From Opitutales bacterium (GTDB taxonomy: Bacteria > Verrucomicrobiota > Verrucomicrobiia > Opitutales > JABSRG01): a stretch of 27,303 bases of DNA. This document shows positions 1 through 7,450 of this stretch, piece by piece (the first letter of the stretch is position 1; every line of letters starts with the position of its first letter). The stretch spans positions 1 through 27,303 of the forward strand of contig JBMYOQ010000060.1 in NCBI GenBank assembly GCA_049599475.1. The letters are read 5' to 3'. The translations under genes were made by a program, and so were the position numbers. The notes below the pieces were generated by a model, which saw nothing but the letters and a program-made list of their open reading frames with translations, searched no databases and was not told where the DNA came from.

Positions 1-103
1 ATATCGTTTCAGATTGCCGCATCTTATCAATATTTTTGCGAAGCGGTATTAGACACATATTTAGCAATCGAGCGGGAATACTGATAGGCGACCGAATCGG
101 GCT

Positions 104-254
104 GGTTTCCCATGAATGGCGCTGCCTTTAGAGAAGAAATGGGGTAGCAACCGATCTCCGAGCGGTTGAAGACAGCAATTTCGGCCAGTTGATACGCAGC
201 ATTCGGCCGCTTCCGATGACATCATCCGAAACGCAGCGCCATTCGGCCTCCCAT
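104..254. mobile_element. MITE-like element family A, copy 1 (131-bp core 114-244 plus flanking 10-bp duplication)
   Basis: Perfect 12-bp inverted repeats GAATGGCGCTGC (114-125) / GCAGCGCCATTC (233-244). Flanking 10-mers GGTTTCCCAT (104-113) and GGCCTCCCAT (245-254) match 8/10. Internal GTAG-tailed hairpin at 143-168. No ORF. Confidence 0.7.
143..168 (+). repeat. GTAG-type REP-like hairpin
   Basis: GGTAG-CAACCG-ATCTCCGAG-CGGTTG. A related copy at 27093-27118 shares the identical loop ATCTCCGAG. Confidence 0.7.
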
Positions 255-257
255 TAC

Positions 258-680
258 CTACTCGTGATCGGGCAAGGGGGCTGTGAGCGCATACCGTGGC
301 AGAGCATGCATTGTCTCAAACCACGGTAGAGCGTCGTCGAGCCAACACTGATCCACAGGAGGGAATGCTGATGGATCGTCGAGAGAGTTTGTACTCACTT
401 CGAAGAGGTCTGGTATCGACGGGTCGAAAAACATCAGCGGTGTCCCGCACTCTCCGCAAAAGGAGCGCTCTCGCTCAGCGAAGCGGACGACTTTCGGTGT
501 GCCCTGCGTCCACTCTAGCGTGCCCGTCTTGCAAAAAGTCCATGCGACTGCGGGAGCTCCACTCGCTTTTCGACAATCTTCACAGTGGCACAGCGTGGTC
601 TGCAGCGGAGTCTCTTTCAGGCGGTAGCGTACCGAGCCGCATAGGCAGCCGCCTTTTATGGGTTGATTTTTATCTGTCAT
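258..680 (-). CDS. GFA family (glutathione-dependent formaldehyde-activating / CENP-V-like) Zn-binding protein
   Basis: Signature motifs GGCLCGSVRY, CHCEDCRKASG and RSFCGECGTPL; 140 aa. Confidence 0.92.
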   Translation of the reverse strand: MTDKNQPIKGGCLCGSVRYRLKETPLQTTLCHCEDCRKASGAPAVAWTFCKTGTLEWTQGTPKVVRFAERERSFCGECGTPLMFFDPSIPDLFEVSTNSLDDPSAFPPVDQCWLDDALPWFETMHALPRYALTAPLPDHE

Positions 681-696
681 GAAAATTTGATACAGT

Positions 697-3000
697 TTAC
701 GTTCGAGCTCTTACAGTGATGATAACTGATTTGGAGGTAGGTGTATGGCTCATGGCTGCGTGAGAGCCGATCGGGACGAGCACGTTGGCTTCTGGATAAT
801 AGGCTGCGGCGCAGCCCCTGGGCATTTCGTAAGGTATCGCTAGGAATAGCTCTGCAGTGCGCGTTTCCCCTTCGAAGTGGCTGGTGATATCGACAGGTTG
901 TTCTGCCTGGATATTGCGAGCATGCATGTCCTCGGGGTGCATGAAGATTACCCGGCGTTCGTTTTTGATGCCGCGGTAGCGATCATTGGGGCCGTAAATT
1001 GTTGTATTGAATTGGTCGTGACTACGGAAGGTCTGCAGTAATAATTGGCCCGCTTCCAATTTCAGGGGTCTTAGAGGATTTTCGCTAAAATTAGCCTTGC
1101 CGTTAGAAGTCTTAAAAATGCGCTCCTTTACGCCGTTTGGCAAATAAAAGCCACCGGGTTCGCGGACCCGGGTGTTGAAATTCTCAAAGCCGGGGATACT
1201 GCGTTCGATGCGATCACGGATAGTATCGTAGTTGTCGGCAAATGTCTGCCAAGGGGTCGATGAATCTTTTAAGGTGGCTTGTGCAAGGCCACATACAATG
1301 AAGACTTCACTGCGTAGAGACGGGGATGCTGGCTCGAGGCGCCCTTCAGATTTGTGGACGACACCCATTGAGTTTTCCACCGTTACAAACTGCGGTCCGC
1401 TGGCCTGAATGTCAGCTTCGGAGCGGCCTAGACAGGGGAGGATCAGTCCACGTTGGCCGGTGATCAGGTGGCCGCGATTGAGCTTGGTCGATACATGCAC
1501 GGTGAGCGCGCATTTACGCATGGCCTCAGCGGTGTAATGGGTATCTGGGGACGCTGATAGAAAATTGCCACCGAGTCCGAAAAAGACGCGAGCCTGGCCT
1601 TTGTGCATGGCGCGGATGGCCTCGACGGTATTATACCCAGGTTTTCTTGGAGACTTAAATTCAAACTCCTTTTCGAGGCTCAAATGAAAGGCCTCGGGTG
1701 CATTTTCCCAAATGCCCATAGTGCGGTCGCCTTGGACATTGCTATGTCCGCGCACCGGGCACAGACCACTGCGCGGGCGGCCTATTTTGCCCGTGATCAG
1801 ATGCAAATTCACGAGTTCGCGGATGGTTTCTACGGCATTATGGTGCTGAGTGAGTCCCATAGCCCAGCAGCTGATGGCCTCTTTGGCTTCAATAAAAGTC
1901 TCAGCAGCAGCGCGAATATCTGCTTCTGCCAATCCAGAGCCCGATTCGATCTCTTCCCATGTTACCGCTTCGAGCGCTGTCTTAAAAGTCTCGAAACCCT
2001 CCGTGTGTTCCTGGATAAAACTATGGTCGATGATGGTCCCAGGGGCTGCTGATTCCGCATCAAATACGCATTTGAGCATGCCTTTTAGGAACGGGAGGTC
2101 GCCGTTTATTTTGACCGGCAAATATTGCGAAGTGAGCTTGGTCGCCTTGCCCATCATCCCGGCTAGCTTCTGTGGGTGTGAAAATGAGCGCAAACCGGTC
2201 TCAAAGAGGGGATTTACCGTGATGATTTTACCCCCATTATCTACCGCCTTCTCGAGGGAAGTCAGCATGCGCGGGTGGTTAGTCCCAGGGTTCTGTCCCA
2301 TAATTAAGAGGCAATCCGTGGTCTCAATATCTTCGAGGGTCACACTGCCTTTGCCGATGCCGACGGTTTGATTCAGCGCGGTGCCGCTCGATTCATGGCA
2401 CATGTTTGAGCAGTCTGGTAGATTATTGGTTCCATACTGCCGAACGAATAGCTGGTAGAGAAAGGCTGCTTCGTTGCTCGCTCTGCCCGAAGTATAAAAA
2501 ATCGCTTCGTCTGGGCTGGCGCAGGCATTCAGTTCCTCAGCGATTAGTGCAAACGCATCTTCCCAGGAAATGGGGCGGTAGTGGGTCGCTCCTTGTTCAA
2601 GAATGAAAGGCTCTGTCAGGCGGCCGGCGTCGTTTTGCCAGTAGTCCGTTTTTTGCGCGAGCTCTTGGACTGAGTATTTTTGGAAAAATGCGGCATCTGC
2701 TCGCTTTTTCGTTATCTCGGTCGCGACCGCCTTGGCCCCATTTTCGCAAAATTCGAATCGTGTGCGCTCGCCGTCGGGGTCGGGCCAAGCACAGCTGGGA
2801 CAATCGAAGCCATGTTTTTGGTTGAGTCTGTATAGCGCCTTTGCTCCTCGTGTGGTGCCTCCTTGATCTTGTATGTGCTTGAGGGAATTGGTGACTGCTG
2901 GGGCTCCTACGGCCTTATCCTTGGGCTCTCCACGCACGAGCTCATGAAGCTCGCGAGGTGGCTCTGGGTCGGGAAGGGGAGTCGGCTGAGTGTCACTCAT
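697..3000 (-). CDS. FdhF/YdeP-family molybdopterin-dependent oxidoreductase alpha subunit
   Basis: Motifs GFDCPSCAWPD, EFCENGAKA, FYTSGRASNE, NLPDCSNMCHE, PVRGHSNVQGDRTMG and C-terminal RSHDQFNTTIYG are typical of YdeP/Fdh4A-type enzymes; 767 aa. Confidence 0.93.
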   Translation of the reverse strand: MSDTQPTPLPDPEPPRELHELVRGEPKDKAVGAPAVTNSLKHIQDQGGTTRGAKALYRLNQKHGFDCPSCAWPDPDGERTRFEFCENGAKAVATEITKKRADAAFFQKYSVQELAQKTDYWQNDAGRLTEPFILEQGATHYRPISWEDAFALIAEELNACASPDEAIFYTSGRASNEAAFLYQLFVRQYGTNNLPDCSNMCHESSGTALNQTVGIGKGSVTLEDIETTDCLLIMGQNPGTNHPRMLTSLEKAVDNGGKIITVNPLFETGLRSFSHPQKLAGMMGKATKLTSQYLPVKINGDLPFLKGMLKCVFDAESAAPGTIIDHSFIQEHTEGFETFKTALEAVTWEEIESGSGLAEADIRAAAETFIEAKEAISCWAMGLTQHHNAVETIRELVNLHLITGKIGRPRSGLCPVRGHSNVQGDRTMGIWENAPEAFHLSLEKEFEFKSPRKPGYNTVEAIRAMHKGQARVFFGLGGNFLSASPDTHYTAEAMRKCALTVHVSTKLNRGHLITGQRGLILPCLGRSEADIQASGPQFVTVENSMGVVHKSEGRLEPASPSLRSEVFIVCGLAQATLKDSSTPWQTFADNYDTIRDRIERSIPGFENFNTRVREPGGFYLPNGVKERIFKTSNGKANFSENPLRPLKLEAGQLLLQTFRSHDQFNTTIYGPNDRYRGIKNERRVIFMHPEDMHARNIQAEQPVDITSHFEGETRTAELFLAIPYEMPRGCAAAYYPEANVLVPIGSHAAMSHTPTSKSVIITVRART

Positions 3001-3005
3001 ATGGT

Positions 3006-3869
3006 TTAAGCTCGGAGTCTTTGGGGTGCGCTATAAATATTATACGTGCCGTCTCGGACAAAACCGATGAGGGTGACGTTAAAATCGTTTGCAAGGCTGA
3101 CTGCCAGGCTAGATGGGGCGCCTACGCCAGCTATGATTGGGACACGGGCAACCAGGGCTTTTTGCAAAATTTCATAGCTCATCCGACCACTCACGCAGAG
3201 TATCGCGGGTGTGTGTGCTGAAGTCTCCAAGAGATGGCGTCCGATTGCTTTGTCCAAGGCATTGTGGCGCCCAATATCTTCGCTTGAGTGCAAAAGTTCA
3301 CCCAATGCATCGAAAAGGGCTGCGGCGTGGAGACCTCCCGTGCTTTCGAAGGTGGCTTGTTTCGCGCGCATTTTCTCGGGAAGCGTATGAATGCTCTGCG
3401 CGGGGATGGTCAGTGAGTCTTCGAAACGAAGTGCTCCGGGCAGTGATAGCTCTTCGCCAGATGCCTTCCCGCATACGCCGCAGCTGGAATGCATGGCGAA
3501 ATGGCGCTCAGATTTGTCTTCAAGGAAGGTAAGGCCAGGTCTGAGCCGTATCTCAGCTCGCGTAGGAGCTGCGTCAGGGTTGCTGCGGCCAAACTGTATA
3601 TCCAGTACGTCCGCGGCGGATTGGATGATGCCTTCGGTAAACAGAAAACCGTGGATCATCGCCACATCGTCACCCGGGGTCCGCATTGTGAGGACTAGCG
3701 GTTTGCCTAGGCAGCCAGAATGATCGTCCTGCGAGAGATATAAATTTAAGGGGTCTTCGATCGCCAGGGAGTCTTCCTCGGGAGGGCAAATTTCACTTCC
3801 CAAGACTCGCTGCTTGATCACTCGAACGCTCGAGCGGTTGGAGTCTTTTACTTCGTGTATGTGCGCCAT
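3006..3869 (-). CDS. fdhD: formate dehydrogenase accessory sulfurtransferase FdhD
   Basis: Motifs TMRTPG, GFLFTEGI, SSCGVCGK, TGGLHAAALF, EDIGRHNALDK, SGRMSYE and APSSLAV. Start placed at ATG 3869 (MAHIHE) rather than the ORF-track start 3908; exact start uncertain. Confidence 0.93.
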   Translation of the reverse strand: MAHIHEVKDSNRSSVRVIKQRVLGSEICPPEEDSLAIEDPLNLYLSQDDHSGCLGKPLVLTMRTPGDDVAMIHGFLFTEGIIQSAADVLDIQFGRSNPDAAPTRAEIRLRPGLTFLEDKSERHFAMHSSCGVCGKASGEELSLPGALRFEDSLTIPAQSIHTLPEKMRAKQATFESTGGLHAAALFDALGELLHSSEDIGRHNALDKAIGRHLLETSAHTPAILCVSGRMSYEILQKALVARVPIIAGVGAPSSLAVSLANDFNVTLIGFVRDGTYNIYSAPQRLRA

Positions 3870-4558
3870 GCTTCGAGTTTGAATGCCGCGATGCGCTCTT
3901 CCGCGCATTGGACCGTCGAATTCTTATCGTCTAGGAAGCTGGTTACAAAGCGTTTATCCGAAATGGAAATGATTTTCTCGGTGTAGGGGATTATATCGAT
4001 TTCAAAGTCTTTAGATGATGAAGCAGTGTCTATAAAGCTGTATTCGCCTCTCGAGTTGATACCCCAAATGCCTTCGTAATAATCGACGGAGTCTAGATTG
4101 TGGATATCTCCAATGAGGAGGCGGTAGGAGCGATCAGTGGATCTTTCAATTTCCCAGAAATCACCTGCTTCGTTCCCACCAATCCATTTGCCGACGAGCT
4201 GTTCTTCGCGAGTAGAAAGCGGCCCCTGGGGAATCTCAGATTCAGCCCCAGCTGTGAACGCTTTCAAAGCACTTGCATCTTGAACGGCTACGATGGCCGG
4301 AAACGCGACCGCCATGACAAAAAAAGCGGCTACTGTGGCGAGGTATTTTAGGAAAAATCCCTTCGTCATATGCCAGTATTTAAAGATAAATATGAGTGAA
4401 ACGAAGGGCACAAACAGGAAGCCCAGTCCCCATAACACAGACTCCGCGAAGGCCAAAATGATGAGGCGAAGCGTGTAGTATAGGTTGAGGAGAAGGGCGA
4501 GTCCGAATAGGACAAGAAGGATAATTGCGGGAGCGTCCAAGCTGGGTGCTGCTTCCAT
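3848..4558 (-). CDS. hypothetical membrane protein (about three N-terminal TM segments, soluble beta-rich C-terminal domain)
   Basis: 236-aa ORF with a hydrophobic N-terminal ~95 aa (AFAESVLWGLGFLFVPFVSLIFIFKYW) and a C-terminal domain starting LVGKW. Its stop overlaps the fdhD start. Confidence 0.75.
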   Translation of the reverse strand: MEAAPSLDAPAIILLVLFGLALLLNLYYTLRLIILAFAESVLWGLGFLFVPFVSLIFIFKYWHMTKGFFLKYLATVAAFFVMAVAFPAIVAVQDASALKAFTAGAESEIPQGPLSTREEQLVGKWIGGNEAGDFWEIERSTDRSYRLLIGDIHNLDSVDYYEGIWGINSRGEYSFIDTASSSKDFEIDIIPYTEKIISISDKRFVTSFLDDKNSTVQCAEERIAAFKLEAWRTYTK

Positions 4559-4776
4559 GCTGTGAGTAAATTGAGATTTTAACGCGGTTGTACTACTATC
4601 GAGATTCGTACATTGAGAAAATATCGCATTCTGAACGCGAGCAAAAATAGGTAAAATGAAGCGGCCTCGGTGGGCTGGAGGTATCAGGGGCTCATTTACC
4701 TAGAAGGCCATAAGTTCATGGGTACTAGCTCCAATTCACCCACCAGTCGCCTCGTCTCTGGCAGTTTTATAAAGAC

Positions 4777-4812
4777 ACAGCCCCGATCTAGTCTCAGCTA
4801 GATCGGGGCTGT
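4777..4812 (-). terminator. strong hairpin, probable intrinsic terminator of PEP-CTERM gene 4865-5620
   Basis: Perfect 15-bp stem ACAGCCCCGATCTAG / CTAGATCGGGGCTGT with a 6-nt loop, followed on the minus strand by GTCTTTAT (modest U-tract). Confidence 0.7.
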
Positions 4813-4864
4813 ACGAAGGATCCAATCCGCCTTCGTTAGAAGGTCGGGGAGTTAGTTCTCGGGG

Positions 4865-5620
4865 CTACCTCTTGCGTCGATACGCTACAAAACCTAGAGC
4901 CAATACTCCGCTGAGCAGGGTCATCACGGATGGCTCAGGGATAGCTGCGGTAGCTCCATCGAAGCTTAGATCATTCAGACGAAATGAGGCACCGCTTAAA
5001 CCCGTGATAAAGTAGCTGTTGCCTTCTGCCACGGTCTCCGAGAACGAGACGCCATAGGTGCTGTTTGAACCTACCGTGAACGTCTCATCGAAGATAGGAT
5101 CATAGGACGTCGAACCATCCGAAGACGCGGCATTCATGATCCAATTACCTGTCGTGTCTTCAGGGACGGCTTTGGAATCGGGATTCCCGATAGCAGCGCC
5201 AGTCAGGTTGATTTCGCTGATCCCGACGAAATTGTCGAAGGTGACCAGGAGTCCTTCCTCCCCGCTCGGGTCAATTCTTAGGCTGTAGTCCCCTCCGCCG
5301 ACTCCCCAGCCGATGCTTCGAGTGAGAATATTTGCGGTATTGCCGAGGGTCAGAGCGGAGTCGGCGAGGGTGTAGCTAGTGTATCCAGCAATACTAACAT
5401 CGAAGCTAAATGAAAAACCTGTAGTTTCAGTGAATGTGTTTGAGACATCCATACCCACCAGATTACTGGAGAAACCAACGCCCTCCGTGTAAGTGATTGT
5501 TGAGGTGAAGCTGGAGGCAGAATTGGGAGCTGTTTCGTTGAGTTCGAGTGTGAGTTGTGCGAAGCCTGATGAGGTGATTCCGATCATCATGACTGAAGTA
5601 GCAAGAGCTTTATATCTCAT
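4865..5620 (-). CDS. PEP-CTERM sorting-domain surface protein (paralog 1)
   Basis: Signal peptide ending ..SGFA|Q, Ser/Thr/Gly-rich beta-type body, and C-terminal IPEPS + TM helix + YRRKR. Confidence 0.92.
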   Translation of the reverse strand: MRYKALATSVMMIGITSSGFAQLTLELNETAPNSASSFTSTITYTEGVGFSSNLVGMDVSNTFTETTGFSFSFDVSIAGYTSYTLADSALTLGNTANILTRSIGWGVGGGDYSLRIDPSGEEGLLVTFDNFVGISEINLTGAAIGNPDSKAVPEDTTGNWIMNAASSDGSTSYDPIFDETFTVGSNSTYGVSFSETVAEGNSYFITGLSGASFRLNDLSFDGATAAIPEPSVMTLLSGVLALGFVAYRRKR

Positions 5621-5794
5621 GGATGTAGGGTTGAATAGAATTGCGATTTCGTTAGGGGGTGATGTTTCGCAATTTAAACACTTAGTTTAATAAAGTTACA
5701 AAATATTAAAAACACGGCAAAAATGAATGGTTTGTCTTGAATTAAAAGGTAATTGGGGTGTCTGCACAGGTCCTAAGCGGAGCGATGAGTACAC

Positions 5795-5823
5795 AAAAAA
5801 ACCGGTGCGAGATCCCCGCACCG
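5795..5823 (-). terminator. intrinsic terminator of PEP-CTERM gene 5848-6588
   Basis: Minus strand reads CGGTGCG-GGGATCT-CGCACCG-G-TTTTTTT, about 25 nt after the stop codon. Confidence 0.8.
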
Positions 5824-5847
5824 ATTTTATAGAATAGCACAAAATGT

Positions 5848-6588
5848 TTATTTCTTGCGGCGATACGCTACTGCGCCTAGGGCAAGTAGCCCACCGATGA
5901 GGGCATAAGTCGAAGGCTCTGGTACTGCGGTCGCTCCATCGAAGGAAAGTGTATCCAGGCGGAATGAATCACCACTGGCTCCGTAGATAAGGTATGCATT
6001 GCCCTGTGAGACAGTCTCAGAGAACGCAACGCTGAAACCAGACGCCGATGTATCAAATGTATCTGAGAAAACGGGATCGTAGGAAGTTGCGGATTCAGTC
6101 GATGCTGCGTTCATCTCCCATGTGCCTCCGGAAACAACTGATCTGTTGGCGATGTTGGCATTGCTAGCTCCTGAGAATGTTAAATCAGAAATACCGACAA
6201 ACTCGTCAAAGGTGATTAAGAGGCCTTCTTGCAATCCAGGGTCGATGCGAAGGTTGTAATCTCCGTTTACGCCCCAGCCTGCGCTGCGCGAAATGATGTT
6301 CGCGGATGTTCCGAGGGTTACATCGGTTGCATTGATTGAGTTGCCTGTGTATCCAGAGATGGTTACATCAAAGCTGAATGAATAATCAGGCAGACTTGTG
6401 AAGTCGCCAGACACATCCATGCCGACAACACTGCTGGAAAAGCCCACTCCCTCTGTATAGGTAATGGTGCTTGTATAACTAGCTCCTGAGTTAGGAGTCA
6501 TTTCATTGAGCTCGATGGACATTTGTCCATAGCTCGATACGTAGATGCCGGCAAACAAGGCCGACGAAGCGAGAGCTTTATTTATCAT
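5848..6588 (-). CDS. PEP-CTERM sorting-domain surface protein (paralog 2)
   Basis: Signal peptide and C-terminal VPEPS + TM + YRRKK. Shares blocks such as TSTITYTEGVGFSS, GMDVS, SFSFDV, LRIDP, EGLL.TFD.FVGIS and TSYDP with paralog 1. Confidence 0.92.
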   Translation of the reverse strand: MINKALASSALFAGIYVSSYGQMSIELNEMTPNSGASYTSTITYTEGVGFSSSVVGMDVSGDFTSLPDYSFSFDVTISGYTGNSINATDVTLGTSANIISRSAGWGVNGDYNLRIDPGLQEGLLITFDEFVGISDLTFSGASNANIANRSVVSGGTWEMNAASTESATSYDPVFSDTFDTSASGFSVAFSETVSQGNAYLIYGASGDSFRLDTLSFDGATAVPEPSTYALIGGLLALGAVAYRRKK

Positions 6589-6872
6589 AATAGCTTAGAC
6601 GAGGGGTTATCTTCGTGAGGATTGAATCCAGCTTATGACTTAAAACGTTTTATCCCTGTGTATCAAAGTAGGAATAACACAGGTTGGGTGGTTGAGTGTA
6701 TTCCTGTAGTCCAAATGCTGTGTAAAAACCTAGCATGCTTGTTCAGGGAGATTCTTAGGATGAATTGAGACATTGGATGGAGGCCTCAGTAGAGGACAGC
6801 GTCGCTCGCTGGAATGCGTATGAACTGCACGAATTGCTTTAATACGGTTTCTTAAAGGTCCTTTCGCTTATT

Positions 6873-7061
6873 CTAGGGCGTGTTCGAAAACCGCTTGATC
6901 GTTGATTTCACATCAATGATGGATCAGTGTAAATCTTCTGGGAACGCCGACGTCCTGGTCGGCATCTAAGCCTATATGCCGACCTGACGTCGGCGCTCCC
7001 AGGGAGACTTGAAAATGCTTTTGAGAATGGCCAAATATTCGGGTTTTCGAACGCACCCTAG
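6873..7061. mobile_element. MITE-like element family B with CTAG at both ends
   Basis: CTAGGGCGTGTTCGAAAACC (6873-6892) and GGTTTTCGAACGCACCCTAG (7042-7061) are inverted repeats with 2 mismatches. Central palindrome at 6938-7002. Confidence 0.75.
6938..7002. repeat. REP-like inverted doublet (REPIN-like)
   Basis: CTGGGAACGCCGACGTCCTGGTCGGCAT - 10 nt - ATGCCGACCTGACGTCGGCGCTCCCAG. Each arm also folds internally (GCCGAC..GTCGGC). Confidence 0.8.
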
Positions 7062-7234
7062 GCCTACTTCGTTAATTGGCTTGGAATGACAATCTGGAGT
7101 TTGCCAAGCCTATTAAGGGAACCACGAATGAACACGGATTCACACGAATTCTCCATACGACGGCGCCGCATTCGTGTTTATTCGTGCTCATTCGTGGTTA
7201 ACAGAAAGCTAGTCGTTGACTTAACGAAGTAGAA
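7062..7234. mobile_element. MITE-like element family C, copy 1 (173 bp)
   Basis: Perfect inverted repeats CTACTTCGTTAA (7064-7075) / TTAACGAAGTAG (7221-7232), flanked by CTAG (7058-7061, 7235-7238). Internal 3+3 decamer inverted array at 7120-7149 / 7170-7199. Confidence 0.8.
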
Positions 7235-7450
7235 CTAGCAAATCCATGCTTTCGAAAAGATGATTGGTAAGGCGAAACGTCTCGGTGAGCCGCATCGTTT
7301 AAGCATTTCTTAAGCCTTCGAGCGCCTCACCAGGGATGGTTCGCCCTTCCTTTTGTTTGCGAAAATAATTTTGAAAAGGGTCTTTCTTACGGCTTTGTCA
7401 TTATCGTTCGCACACGTTGTTGCAGGAGTTTCAAGTTTGGAAACACCCAC

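Larger units (their letters stand above)
6840..7383. mobile_element. MITE-like element family D, copy 1, interrupted by nested B and C elements
   Basis: 6840-6876 aligns ungapped with 19853-19889 (25/37). The homology resumes at 7239 (CAAATCCATGCTTTCGAA vs TAAATCCACACTTTCGAA). Contains a degenerate GTAG REP doublet (7266-7293 / 7322-7350) and right end TTTTGAAAAGGGTCT. Confidence 0.65.

Noticed and set aside
1..84. Possible 3' end of a + strand CDS (ISFQIAASY...IEREY*)
   Set aside because: Too short and unrecognisable, and other frames are also open; cannot be supported from this window.
4648..4702. Imperfect inverted repeat TAGGTAAAATGA / TCATTTACCTA
   Set aside because: Single copy with no target duplication or U-tract; no function can be assigned.
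7120..7199. Short repeats as a possible CRISPR array
   Set aside because: Units are 10 nt, abutting and inverted, with no spacers and no cas genes.
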